From Mytilus edulis (taxonomy: Eukaryota), in contig NC_092353.1 of NCBI RefSeq assembly GCF_963676685.1, forward strand, positions 38,068,001 to 38,132,000: a stretch of 64,000 bases of DNA, given 5' to 3'. Below are positions 10,750 through 23,953 of the stretch, piece by piece. Position 1 is the first letter of the stretch, and the number at the start of each line of letters is the position of its first letter. Under the pieces are notes generated by a model. That model worked only from the letters and a program-made list of their open reading frames with translations, made no database searches and had not been told where the DNA came from. Both the position numbers and the translations under genes were made by a program.

Positions 10750-11952
10750 CATATGGTCAATAGTATGGGACAAGAACACATCTACAAACATCAATAAGTT
10801 TGAAAGAATACAGCGACAACCTGTGAGATTTATAACAGGAGAGTACAAATCCAGAGAAGTTGGTTGCGTCTCAAACATGCTCACAAAACATAAACTATAC
10901 AAGACACACAGACAAGACGCTCAAGCCAGAAGCTAATATTTCTGTACGAGGTGGTCGCAGTGCTATAGAACCAGACAATCTTCCTATATCAATTTAAAAA
11001 AAAACTCGTCCAAAAAGAACACTAAATAGCTGTCAAGGGCCCGATTTAACAATGATCAGTCAAGAAATGTTGTGAACAAACATGCAGATAAAAAACTACA
11101 CGAGATATTTTGAAATCTCAACGAGTAAAATACAACAATATTCTAAATCATTTTTCGTAAAAATAGTATTCGAATAGAACCATATTGAAGAAGCGTAGTG
11201 CGTACACCGAGCGTTGACAGCCGTTCAGAAACTACTCTCGTGCATCGTCAATACATCGACGGCGCTCTCTCTACCGTTGTATTAAGGGCATACGATACAG
11301 TTTTGAACCTGTATTTACAAGTTGATAAAAATTTGCATATAGGCTATTTTTTACCTGATTAAATCAAATATGTCATAAAAAATATACCTTCATGTGCTAC
11401 TTTTTGAGTAAAATGAGGTCGAAATTTTTGTATATTTGCTCAAAATTCAGATTTGTGTCCGTATTTTCTTTTTCGAAAGAACGACGTAACTTTTTTTCTT
11501 TAAAAGATAAACACAAATTGTTTTTTGTTAAATAATCGGTAATTTCTGTATTTTATAAGTATCATTAAAGATTATGCAATTTTTATTCCGAAATAACTCT
11601 GTATTTATCAAATGTACATGAATAGAGGAAAAAACGTCATTTTTTGCTGCATGTTTATTAAAATTAAAAAAATTACGCTATTTACAGTTTTATAAAATTT
11701 GGGTCACATAATCTCCTTGCAAAATGAAACAAATTGCTGTTTTAAAAAATAGTGGTCCATGAACTCGTTTTCAAATTAAATCAGTTTGAATGATAAAAAT
11801 CAGTCGAAAAATGCATCTTTTCCCGATATGTCATAGTTTGACGTCGCGAAAATAACAGTTTACGTTAGCAACGTCATTACCTTCCCTGTAACTGTATCGT
11901 ATGCCCTTAAAGCCGGTATTTGTATCCACAACGTTCTCCTACAGATACAGAT
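10750..11952 (+). mobile_element. Degraded 3' end of a CR1/L2-like LINE, interrupted by the 11286-11906 MITE (uninterrupted in copy B, ~34457-35033)
   Basis: Frame from 10757 reads SIVWDKNTSTNINKFERIQRQPVRFITGEYKSREVGCVSNML, typical of the CR1 ORF2 post-RT region (VWDP...I.KLE.VQR.AARF). Ends in a tacagatacagat tail. Confidence 0.7.
11286..11906. mobile_element. 621-bp MITE with TTAA TSD and GGG...CCC ends (Kolobok-like), copy A only
   Basis: Perfect 17-bp TIR gggcatacgatacagtt / aactgtatcgtatgccc; TTAA on both sides; single-TTAA empty site in copy B (gttgtattaaagccgg, ~34988). Confidence 0.92.
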
Positions 11953-12072
11953 CTAAAATGATCATGGTACAAAATCGAAATATACTAGGAGGTGTCCCCT
12001 CTACATATTTTTAACGACCATGATCGTTAAACTATGAAACTGTTTATTTTTTACTACACGCGTCACCTATAC

Positions 12073-12323
12073 ATAAATTTGAGAATGAAGATGGGGAATG
12101 TATCAAAGAGACAACAACCCGACCATAGAGCAGACAACAACCGAAGGCCACCAATGGGTCTTCAATGCAACGAGAAACTCCCGCACCCGTAGGAGTTCTT
12201 CAGCTGGCCCCTAAACAAATATGTATACATACTAGTTCAGTGATATACCGGACGTCATACTGAACTCCGAATTATACACAAGAAACAAAAAATTAAAAAT
12301 CATACAAGACTAACAAAGGCCAG
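12073..12323 (-). mobile_element. Short 3'-end copy of the same Penelope-like family (also ~35153-35404; shorter ones at ~13406-13472 and ~36473-36540)
   Basis: Reverse complement of ~7691-7930 (gagacaacaacccgaccatagagcagacaacaaccgaagg...catacaagactaacaaaggccag). Confidence 0.85.
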
Positions 12324-12471
12324 TGTTTTTTTCGAAATCTCAAACCCCCCTTCCTAATACTCCCACTTTTAAACAAATTGACGCCCTCTCCCTCTGACTT
12401 GTCAGAGAAAAGATCTTGCCATATCGCCATTTGCATGAAGGAGGCAATTATCTCTTATATATGCTTACACT

Positions 12472-12930
12472 AATCATACCCCACGCAACGAAGTTGCGGA
12501 GGGTGTAATGTTTTGACCCGTCCATCCGTACGTCAGCCCATAGGTCATGTTTCTTGTCATCGCAACTCCTCTCAAACCACACAACAGAATTTCATGATAA
12601 TAAGGACATACTAAGTAGATTTGCATATCGACAAGAAATTGCAATTCAATTTTTTTTCTAGAAGTTACGCCCCTTTTAACTTATGTGCTTCGATATACCT
12701 CTGCAACAGTTAATCGTCGCAACTCCTCTGAAACCACACCACAGAATTTCATGAAACCTTGTAGATAATAAGGACATACTATGTAGATGTACATATCGAC
12801 AGGAAATTATGATTCATTTTTTTTCTTATACAACTTTTTTTTTCTTACAGTACAGTTATTTTATTTCTCCAGTGACAATGTGGGGACGTGGGGCCATGAT
12901 GTGTGCGCGCTCACTAAGGTTCTTAAATTT
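12472..12930 (+). mobile_element. Helentron-associated non-autonomous element (HINE / pearl-like); duplicate at ~35553-36000
   Basis: 5' atacccc.cgcaacgaagttgcg hairpin, (GTCC)-like microsatellite, two internal core repeats (tcgcaactcctct.aaaccacac.acagaatttcatg) and 3' gtgggg inverted repeat. Confidence 0.6.
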
Positions 12931-15746
12931 TATTTCTCCACGAAAATATTTGCACATTATTTGGGGTTTGTCCAAAGAAGTATGTATTTGGTCATTTTTT
13001 AGAGTAAATGATAGCCTGGGATCCTGGCTGACTGCTCGACAGAAGAGCCAGGCGGAATACAACCTGCAATAGGTTATTTAGGATTATATTGTTACGAATT
13101 CATTGCAAATGATTTTTTATTTTATATTTGACATGCAAATTTAAAAAAAAAAAGTATATTCATTAACATCGCGAATCATTTCAGTTAATGAACGATTGAC
13201 AACATGTGAGATTTAGTACGGTTGCCGGGCTATAAGGAGGTGTTGCACCAGGTGGGGTTCATATCGGGAGTACGGGGCTTTTGAGATCGAGGGACCCGTG
13301 AATATTTTGGTCTTTTTGGTGGTACATTTTTATTGTAGGAAATCTGGTAGCGGCAATTTTTAAGCTTCTTGACCCGAAAAATTCAGTAGGCATATATATT
13401 TATACATAAAATTGAGAATGGAAATGAGGAATGTGTTAAAGAGACAACAACCCGACCATATAACCGACAACAGTTTGACATTTCTGCTAATATTGTTTAA
13501 AGACATTAGTTGTCATAATTGAAAACTTCTCACATTTAGGTAGGTTAAACAGACAATTTTTTATGTGGCTGTATTGTTTTTAAGTCCAATAAAATCAGAA
13601 AACAGAAATCCTGTCGAAACATTTATATGACAAAAAGTCCAACAATAATATCAAACCTTTACAAAGACGAGAGAGAGTCGAGGATATCAAAGGGACATTC
13701 AAACTCACAAGTTGAAAATAAGTGAACAACGCCGTTACTAAAAAGGGGGGAAAAAAACCAGATAGATATACTAAAGATTATATTTAAACAACCTTAACAA
13801 CATAAACCAACCAAAAAAATGGGGTTAAAGTAAGATGCTCAGAAAAGGTAAGCAGTTTCTGCTCCACAAGTGACATGGCAAACATAACAAAACAATTGTC
13901 CAAATAGTTATTATAGAATTTCTACCACTTTAACTCTTTATTTCCAAGACACTGTTACTTTCACATTGATAGAGATGTTTACAATTACTAGTTTTTAATG
14001 CAATTGCTTTTATGCCATCCCATATAGCCATCTTTGTGACGTATTTCAGAGACTCACAGTTGACTTGAACTAAGTATTGTATTCAAATGCATAATGAATA
14101 CAAAATTCGTTTCTTTTTCTAGAATAAACAGGATTGAAAAAATGTTGGAAAGCAGTAAGCAGAGGAATTGCAAACTAGAATATTTATTCTGGAAAATTGA
14201 AAAAGCCAGTTTTTTCTTTGATGTTGACAGAAATGAACTTGTAGCAAAGTATCTTTTTGAGATAGAAAGTACCTGTGATGTTGTTACAGCCATAGGTACT
14301 GCTTTGGCCCCTGTTTTTGGAATTTATTTCCTCCTCAAAGGAAAATTTTACATGCGAAGAAAGCAGCTGGAAAATGCAGTAAAAGATCTTACAATGGCCC
14401 AGAAATTGTTCAACGAACATAAATTTGTACGACATCGTTATATGTATCATATTACAAATATTTATGAAAAAATAGGTCAAACTTATCTTATGCTTGATCC
14501 ACCTGCAGTAGAAGAAGCCAGAGAAAATCTGTATGCTGCTTTTAAGAAAGCTGAAGAAAAAGTTGAAAATTTTTATAATTTGGACATCCCTTCATTTATT
14601 GCAAGCATTGGTCGATTGTGGTATGTGATAGGACTAAAAGAAAACGAATTGAAAAATACAAAAGAGGCGAAAGAAAATTTTGAAAAATCCGTTAGATATT
14701 ACACAAAAGCTATGGCTTTGGACACGCAAATGAATCTACACAAGTATGACAATTACGCTGATAAATTAGTGAAACGAGCTGAATCCTACGATGAGCTTGG
14801 ATTGTTGAAAGTTTCTGGTGCATTTTAAAAAGTGATGCTGTAAAAGATATCAAAGAAGCAGATAATATTAGAAGGAAAATCCTGCAGCCTCCTCACTATA
14901 AATGTACACATACACCACATCTAGTGGGCAAAATCCTCTTGCACAAGGCAAAACAGGAGTATGACAAGAAACAAAAAGGTATGGCTGTTTTTATAGCTGT
15001 ATGTTATGGGTTTTTCCCATACCCTTGACAAATGGTGGTGTAGGGGGTATGTAAAATCCTGATCTCCTTATTTGATCTTACCTGGCAGAGAGACTTGAAA
15101 ATTGTAATAAATAGATAGAAACTTTGAATAACGCAAATGAACAGCAAGATATGATCTACAAATAAGCCATAATACTTGAAATCCTCCATCCCATCGATAT
15201 TGGAGTTATTGCCCTTTAATGATAATTTTTGAATTTAAAAAAAAAAAATGTATAGATGATTCAAAACTTAAAAAAGGAAAATAATTAGAAGGATAAGAAA
15301 AAAAGGGGGTCATTGTTGAAGATGCAGGTGAGTAACACAGACTCTTTAGTGCCTCTTGTTACATGTTAAAAGCATATTTTGTCTTTGACTGCTTTTCATT
15401 GTATGATCTTCTATCATTGATTGCTCATAAAAGGTTTTAATACGATTACCATATCTCAATTTGGGAACTTGTTAACAGTAATTTCTTTTTTTTTTTATTT
15501 ATATCTTAATGTTGTAGGGAAATAGATGTTAATGGTAGATATTAGAAAGTCTCTATTAAATATACAAGCCCCCCCCCCCCCAATACAACTTTGCTCTCAC
15601 AGGATGTGAAGAAGTTTAGATCATTACATATTTTGGGGGTATTTGTTTACTGATGAAAACTGTATGTCAACTTCTAAATTGTTTTTTTTTTATTATGGGA
15701 ATATTTTAGGATGCAATTTTATTGACCTCACCACCCTAAAACTATA

Positions 15747-16073
15747 TTATAGTCCGCTACTGGCCCCTACGGGTCCATAGAGGGTTAGTAAAATCCATAG
15801 GGGGTGAGGCCGGTGGCCGAATATTATTCATCCTCTATGGAACCGTAGGGGGTCAGTAGTTAACCGTATAACGAATTTATCGGACGCTGGTAATTTTCTG
15901 CTGCGTTTTGTTGAAAAATAAACAATGAAACACAACAACATTAATAGATGACGTCACCATTAACGCGTCATGAACCCCCTATGAAACTTACTAACCCCTA
16001 CGGTCTCATAGGGGGTCACCACGTGACGGCGTTTAACCAATCACAACATGATAATTTATCTGTGGTCCGATAA
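15747..16073. mobile_element. Non-autonomous element with a long terminal palindrome and a second short inverted repeat (Crypton-like architecture)
   Basis: Imperfect palindrome 15747-15871, then ttatcggac ... accaatca ... gtccgataa. Confidence 0.5.
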
Positions 16074-16343
16074 TACATATTAAAAGGCTTATAGCTTTTT
16101 TGTAATAAATTCATATAAAGATGTTGATACATTCTTCTATGAAATGCTTTTAAAATAAAACTTTATATTTTGAAATAGGAAATGCTATTAACCATCTTTG
16201 GGAAGGAATAATGTTTTACGAGATTACCAGAGATATGACTAAATGTGGTGGTCTACATCCAGTACATATACATAGGCAGGAATATGAGGAAATAAAAGCA
16301 GAACATCTCTTGGCTTTACAGCAGGCAAGAGAAACACAGAAAA

Positions 16344-16738
16344 TTGAACCAGCTATCAAGTTTTACAATGTAGAATTTATTTCTTATTACTTATGATTGA
16401 TTTCATGTCAATAGCACCATTCAAAATACTATTCTATTTAATTATACCCCCACTTTAAAAAAAAAAAGGGTGGTATACTTTTTTACCTCCGTCTGTCCAT
16501 CACCTTCCGTCAGTCCGTCCGTCCCATGAATATTTTTTGAATATTGAACCAGCTATCAAGTTTTACAATGTAGAATTTATTTCTTATTACTTATGATTGA
16601 TTTCATGTCAATAGCACCATTCAAAATACTATTCTATTTAATTATACCCCCACTTTAAAAAAAAAAGGGTGGTATACTTTTTTACCTCCGTCTGTCCATC
16701 ACCTTCCGTCAGTCCGTCCGTCCCATGAATATTTTTTG
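16344..16738. repeat. ~200-bp tandem duplication including an exon 3' end and its splice donor
   Basis: ttgaaccagctatcaagttttacaatgtagaa...cccatgaatatttttt occurs at 16344 and again at 16544. Confidence 0.92.
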
Positions 16739-17113
16739 TTGCATTTTTCTCAGGAACTACAATAAGAGGATTTCTGAAATTTGGTTTCAGGGTTTATATA
16801 AGTCAGCTATGCCGTGTGATGCGTTTTTAGAGTCATCACTCGACAGCTTCCTGTTTACCAAAAACTTGTATGATTTTACACATGACAGCTAAGTTGAAAA
16901 TTTTTGTCACATTTTTCTCAGGAACTACAAATCACAGATTTCTGAAATTTGGTTTCAAAGTTTATATAAATCAGCTATACTGTATGCTGTGTTTTCAGAG
17001 TCATCACTTGACAACTTCCTGTTTACCGAACACTTGCATATTTTTACACTATTGATATTATCCACTTGCGGCGGGGGTATCATCAATGAGCAGTAGCTCG
17101 CAGTTTCACTTGT
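16640..17113 (+). mobile_element. Helentron-associated non-autonomous element (HINE / pearl-like)
   Basis: ttataccccc 5' subTIR, (GTCC)n microsatellite, two ~170-bp core repeats (catttttctcaggaactacaa), 3' gggggtatc, short hairpin and cttgtt end in a T-rich site. Confidence 0.7.
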
Positions 17114-20100
17114 TTTATTTATTTTACCATTTTCAACTCTTACACCTCTCTTGTCTATATCACTGAAACTATCTCCTAATCATTAGTAATTATAAAGCTA
17201 TTATATTTTCATATTTTAATAGAATAAAAATTCTACACTTTATTTTAACTTCTCTTTTTAATCGAAGTTCTATATGTGTATTCTACCAATATGTTGATCT
17301 GTAAATTTTAAATTACTTTTATAGCAAATCTTTAGGGGATGACCAGTAGATTTTGATGTGGGCACTTTTTGTGTCACTTTTATGAGAAGTCAAAAATAAA
17401 TATTGTTGTCCAGCTCTGATTGAAAGATATAATCTGGCAGCCATTAAGATAGAAATAAAAAGTATGACCTCATCAAATTTGCCAGGCAACTCTCTCACCC
17501 CAACCCCTCAGAATTAAGTGGTTGTTCCTTAATGTCTCAGTATGAGTATCCAATTAAGATTATGCTGTTTAAAACATAATTTCAGGATTTTGAAAAAGGT
17601 AAATTTGAGGAAGATAGGCAAAAAGCAAGAAGTGAAAGAGAGACAATAAAACACAGTGAATATGTTCCAATAGAAGATGTCAAAGCAGAAATAATGATGA
17701 CTGGACCAGGCAATATGACCTTCACACCTGTCAGAGCAGACGACAGTGACAGTGTCTCAGAAGAAGAAAATTTCGAAATGGTTGAGTTCAAAGAAGTTGT
17801 ATTTAAAGATTATGAGTTAAAAGATGATGAGGTGATGGATTTTGATAAATTGTTTGAAAGAATGGAAAATCCTGACGATTTTTCAACATCAGAAGAAGAG
17901 GATGTTGCCATGGAAACAGAAACAAAGGTCATTGAAGGTAAAGGTTTTGAAAGTTTAATGGAAATTCAAGAAGACATTGATCAAAATTCTTCTAAATCTG
18001 CAAAGACAGATTTAACAATTGAAGAAGATGAAGTTTTTGATGAAAAAGAAGAAAGTGGGAAAAACTATTTGTCAGAAATTCGAAGAAAGTCAGTAGATAG
18101 AAGCAGTCTTTCTTCAACTTCTTCTCAAGACATGAGCTCTAAGGAAAAGAGGGAACGTTTTAAAAGAAAAAGGTCAAGAGATCCTTCAATGCAGGCGTTC
18201 CTTGACAGTGTTGAGAGAGAAACATCAGAAAAAGGCAAAGCTGTTTTAAAGTCTACTAGATCAACCTCACAGGATAAGAGTTTTGATCTAGAAATGCCAG
18301 TACTGGAATATTTAAAAATTGTAGATACTAAAGATAAAGAAGAAAAAAGAAAAATATTGGAAGACATGAAACAAAGATATCCATCTGTACAAGAGGAAGA
18401 AAAGGAAGGTAACCAAATGATTTGTTCACTGTAAAAAGAACAAGAGAAATGGAGGATTATCATTGATTCAAACATTTTGAATTATGCAAAAAAGAAGATT
18501 TAGTATGATTGCAAATGAGACAATTTTACTATCTGTTAGAAACCATGAATTAGATATATTAAACTCTAGGTCACAGCATCAATCCTTCAACAATGAGTAA
18601 ACCCCTTACTGTATAAAAGTAAACTATAATGGACCTTATAATTATAAAATGTCAAACACAAACATAAAAACTTACTAGAAGAATTGCTTGCAGTATTAGT
18701 TATCTTTTAAGTATACATGGTATACAAGTCATGTAATAACCAATCTGTGGAGTTTGTTATCACAAAATTTTGTAATTCTTACTTGACTATTAAATTTCTG
18801 ATTTATATAAATGTATTGAATTTATTGTCGTTCTCACATATTTGGCTATTGTAAAATATGAAAAATATTAAAATTTGCATCAAATTACCAATCAGTATTT
18901 GAGGTGATCATATCATTCACTTAAATGAAGTAATCTTTAAGAATATGAAAATTGTATATTAAGACCAGACACAAGTTGTTTCCTTTTTCAAAATTTGAAT
19001 ATCGAAAAAGGAAAAAGGAAAAAGGAAACAACTAGTGTCTGGTTATATTAAGTTATTAACATCTTTTATATTTACTCTTTCAAAGAGACCAGCAGAGAAT
19101 CTGAAGATACTGAACAAAAAAAAGGTTACCATGACAATTGGAAGAAAACGTCAGTTACAACTTTCAAGATCAGAAGAAGTGTCCCGTCAAAAATCCAGCA
19201 GAGATGTTAAAAAAATAAACTGCATACACTGTCTTTCAAGGTGATATGAAGAGCAGGGCTTTCTGCCAAAATGAATTTTAGCAAACAAGGAAGGAGCAGC
19301 TTTCCCGTTAAAATGAATATGGCAGGGAAAGAATCTAAGGAGCTTTTGTTTTATTATTGAGCTTTGGTTGTAGATATTATTGTTGTATGTTCATTTGATA
19401 TATGCAATATTATTTGAAGTCAGTTTAATAGTTATAGGAGAAGGGATGGAACTCTTTTTCTACTCTACATTTTTTTGTCAAGCCTGCTATATTTTTATCA
19501 AGGAACAGCATTCTCAGCAAATAAGTGAAAATATATTTTTTTAATTTTCAGTATTTTTAATGCAGATAAATGGTTTTTTTTGGGTTATTTTTTTCATTTT
19601 AGTATTTTTGATGAAGATTAATTATTTTATTTTTTTTTTTGGGGGGGGGGTAGGGAGGTTGTTCCCAGTTAATATTTAGATACAGGTATTGTTTTTCAAA
19701 CATCAATAATTTTGTCAAACCTTCATAGGATTTTATGAAAATTAGGCTGCTTATTTTATGATCAATAGGTAATGTCTGAATCAAATTTTGAGATTTCCTT
19801 GTCCCAAAGTTCTTCTACAAGAGAATTTCAGATGTAAATCAATCTATTTGTATATTAACCGTTAGTTTTCAAAAGGGGCTAAAGGGTTGGATTTTTTTTT
19901 TCTTCATATGATACATATTACCATGTGCAACTTATTGTGGTGTCCAGCACTTAACTCTGTTAAGTACAATATTTAATCAACTAAGCTTTTGATAAACACT
20001 TGTTCAAGAATACATGGTAGCAGTTCTATCATGCATGGCTCAGCAAAGTTTTTTTTCTCCATTTATCTTGAAACAAAAACTTGATGGACAATGTTAGGAA

Positions 20101-21254
20101 TTAAATAATTTTTGAGAGTGCCTTCTTCAATTTTTTATTGTGTATAAAATGTACAATACTACATTGAAAGTAGTATGACCTAGTATGGGTTTGTTTCACA
20201 CTGGACTTCCAATGATTTCCCAGATTTTTACTGCAATTAACAAATTCTGTCATAGAAATGTATTAATTTGTATGAATTTTAATGTGAATGAAGACATGCA
20301 TAATATTTTATAATTGTAGTAACCTTTTTTTTTTTACAATTTACAGCCAGTTTTTCTATTTTGATACATAGAATGTCTACTTTATTGAGTTAACTCCAAA
20401 AAAAATCTTTAAATTTTTTCATGCATAATTGTATTTCCTCGATAAAATATGGTTATTTTGCACAGTTTGTAGCTTGAAAATAATTTGATTTTCTATTAAA
20501 TATTGTAGATTAGGCAGGCAGCACTTATATTTTTGTTATGAATTTATTGATACAATAGTATGCATATTAAAATAATGGCATTGGCGATGTGTTAAGCATT
20601 TAATTTGTTATAGCTTACAAATATTATTTGTTCGTAGTGAAACAATTTTAGAAGGAAAATGTTTTTTATATAGTTTACAAATTGTTTTACAAACAAATAT
20701 ATTTTAAATTTTAATTACATGCATTAAATTTTTACAATATTTTTTTCAATTTTTAATTGATATTTTTTCAGTATAAATTTTCTGTTTATATTTACAATGT
20801 ATTTATATACATATTTCATATGTATTTCATTTACAAATGCAATGCTTGTTTGTTTTTCATGCTTTTGATATTTTCATAAGGAAAGCTATGTTTTCTTTAT
20901 TTTTTTTCAATTCTTTGGGATTATTTCCCTTAGAATAGTATTGTTTTCATTCCTCTACCACTTGAACACAAAGCAAAATACTGAAGTTTCAACTAACCAC
21001 ACCAAAATCAATACAATTTTCTTGTCATGACTTTATACTATTCCATTCATTGTACTGCTCATCTTATATGGATATGTTTTAAATATGGTGTCTAAAGATG
21101 GCAAATATCTACTGTATATTTTTTGTGTTCCATATTACAAAAGTGCCATATTTTTGTTATGAATTCATTGATATACATATATATATTAGTATTGAAATAG
21201 CAATGCAATACTTATTTGTAAAGCATTTATTTTGTTTTTCTTATATCTGACAAT

Positions 21255-22566
21255 TTTTTTGTCCAGCCTGCAACTTCTTGTGCAGAAAGCTTGACATAGA
21301 GATAGTGTTGTCGGCAGCAGCATGAACTAATTACTCAAAAGCTTTATATTTTAGAAGATGGAAGATCTGGATGCTTCCTACTTTGTATAAAGATGCCTTA
21401 TATGTCTAATGTCCTTGACCTTATTTTCATGGTTCAGTGACTACTTGAAAAAAGTTAGGATTGTTTGTAATGTTTATTTCTCTCTTAATATGAGTAATAG
21501 GATAATTCTATTTGGTTTGTGCATATCTTGCAAGCTTGAGGTCCTCATTTTTATCAAACAATTTTCATCTGACCTTGGCCTCATTTCATGCATCAGTGAA
21601 CAATATTTAGTTTTGTTGTTATATACAAGCAAATACTATAAGCAACATGTCTATTATATGAGGGTGTGGATGGGGTTAAATGATTAAAGAATAATGCCCT
21701 TAAAAAATGAAGATTAGAGAATAACGGGCAAAAAAAAATGAAGATTAGAGAAAAAAGGGGTTAATTTTTTGAAGATTAGAGAAAAAAGGGGTTAATTTTT
21801 TGAAGAATAGAGATAAAGGGGTGAAAATTAATGTTTACAGAATAACAGACCCCCATCCCCCCCCCATCCAGACCCCCTCTTATATGTGGTGTATGGAATG
21901 ATTGTAAGGTGATCTTGTCCAATTGGCAGGTGTCATCTGAGTCACTAAGGGAGACATATAATACAAGTATTGTACATATATATATTCTCAGAACATTAAT
22001 GATGACTTTTCAATACTGTAACAGTTTATTTTTTACTGAAGTATACAAATGCATTAACATGCTTTTTAAAGTAGACCAAACTATCTTAAATAATTATCAA
22101 ATAAGAATAACAAAAAGGTTCATTTATTGACCATAAACACAGTTTAAGATTTTTTTCATTGTAATCAGAATGTAATCAAAAAGTAATCAGGATTACAGGG
22201 TATTTTGAAAAGTAATTGATTAAATTAAATTACATGTAATCAGATTTTTGGCTGATTAATGATTACACTGATTACTTGAAAAATTGTAATCAATTACAGC
22301 TGATTAACGATTACAATTACAATTACCCCAAGTCTGCATCTGACCTTGACCTCATTTTCATGGTTCAGCATTTATAGTTAGTTTTTTTTGTTTTTTGGTC
22401 CCTTTTTATTCTAATATATGCAATAGGTCAACTTTATTTGGCATATAGAAGTAATTTACGATGAACAAGTCAGTCTGACAGGTTTAATATGACCTTGACC
22501 CCATTTTCAACATAATATCAATCATCAGTAAAGAAGGTGAGACATTTCAGTGTGTGCACTCTTGTT
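21255..22566 (+). mobile_element. Degenerate HINE-like element with nested insertions
   Basis: T-rich start, repeated tgaccttgacctcattttcatggttca cores and a terminal tcagtgtgtgcactcttgtt. Confidence 0.5.
21660..21879. mobile_element. MITE with GAG...CTC ends (Sola-like); related copy at ~59929-60143
   Basis: gagggtgtggatgggg / ccccatccagaccccctc; internal agaataa/agattagaga repeats; AT-rich 4-bp flanks atat/ttat. Confidence 0.55.
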
Positions 22567-22984
22567 ATTTGTTATCCGGGTGAGACAAGTTTATATATTC
22601 TTTTAACATTGACATGTTTTAAAACATGTTTAAAAAAGTATTATTTAATATTTCATTTTGTAATAAGTATTTTGTCAGTCCTTTATTGTTTCAATTTTTT
22701 ATTTTTATTTTTGAAATATGTGTTTCATTTACAAATACAATGCTTGTTTTATTTATGCTTTTAATTTTTTTATAGATCTGGCTCTAAGGTTTTTTTCAAG
22801 GTTGAATCTATTTGGGTGTATCTCACTTACCAGTATTGTACTCATTCCTGTACCACAAAGCAAATATTGATATTTCAACTAATAAAACCAAAATATAAAC
22901 TTTTTCTTAAACTGTTTGGTGAACCAACCCCTGTGTGAATTATTTCAATAGAGTCCCTGAAGTTGATACCTTATATTTTTTTAG

Positions 22985-23692
22985 TCTTGATTTATATACT
23001 ATATAGGTGTATATTTCTTGATTTATATACTATATAGGTGTATATTTCTTGATTTATATACTATATAGGTGTATATTTTGTCTTGATTTATATACTATAT
23101 AGGTGTATATTTTGTCTTGATTTATATACTATATAGGTGTATATTTTGTCTTGATTTATATACTATATAGGTGTATATTTCTTGATTTATATACTATATA
23201 GGTGTATATCTTTTGATTTATATACTATATAGGTGTATATTTTGTCTTGATTTATATACTATATAGGTGTATATTTCTTGATTTATATACTATATAGGTG
23301 TATATTTCTTGATTTATATACTATATAGGTGTATATTTTGTCTTGATTTATATACTATATAGGTGTATATTTTGTCTTGATTTATATACTATATAGGTGT
23401 ATATTTCTTGATTTATATACTATATAGGTGTATATCTTTTGATTTATATACTATATAGGTGTATATTTTGTCTTGATTTATATACTATATAGGTGTATAT
23501 TTCTTGATTTATATACTATATAGGTGTATATTTCTTGATTTATATACTATATAGGTGTATATTTCTTGATTTATATACTATATAGGTGTATATTTTGTCT
23601 TGATTTATATACTATATAGGTGTATATTTCTTGATTTATATACTATATAGGTGTATATTTCTTGATTTATATACTATATAGGTGTATATTTC
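22985..23692. repeat. Minisatellite, 22 units of 31/34 bp (gatttatatactatataggtgtatattt[c|tgtc]tt)
   Basis: Head-to-tail units with three junction variants and no spacers. Confidence 0.97.
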
Positions 23693-23953
23693 TCAAAGGA
23701 TTGTATGTATGCAAACTTTTGCAAAACCATGATAAAAGTTTCAACAAAAGTATAATGAATAGATATAAGAAGATGTGGTATGAGTTCCAATGAGAACTCT
23801 CCATCCAAGACACAATTTGTAGAAGTACAGTCTTCAACAAGGAACCTTGGCTTACACCAAACAGCAAGCTATAAAAGGCTCCCAAAAAAGACTTGGTGAA
23901 AAACCATTCAAACCGAAAACCAACAGTCTAATATGAAAACGAGAGACAAATAA

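Larger units (their letters stand above)
1..15443. repeat. Segmental duplication copy A (part shared with copy B)
   Basis: Position 1 (atctcccatgttaagtaatt) recurs at 24701. Colinear near-identity runs to aaggttttaatac (15443 / 39099), apart from three element insertions and small indels. Confidence 0.97.
14123..19210 (+). pseudogene. 3' portion of a TPR-like repeat protein gene with acidic low-complexity tail; exons 14123-14978, 16179-16369, 17586-18408, 19086-19210; premature stop at 14826-14828
   Basis: AG/GT boundaries join in consistent phases (1, 0, 1). Helical TPR-like motifs (GKFY..RKQLENAVKDLTMA; IGQTYL..EEARENLYAA; SVRYYTKAMALD). A 5-bp insertion versus copy B creates TAA and a frameshift. 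No upstream coding exon seen in the window. Confidence 0.8.

Noticed and set aside
13003-13072. Possible upstream exon of the TPR gene
   Set aside because: Weak donor, a 1-bp indel between copies A and B, and an inverted-repeat look (gcctgg...ccaggc) more like a small repeat.
14094-14122. ATG start for a stand-alone TPR protein
   Set aside because: The first codons overlap a polypyrimidine tract and AG, and are better read as intron before an internal exon.
22985-23692. 31-34-bp repeats resembling a CRISPR array
   Set aside because: Units are contiguous with no unique spacers, there are no cas genes, and the context is eukaryotic.
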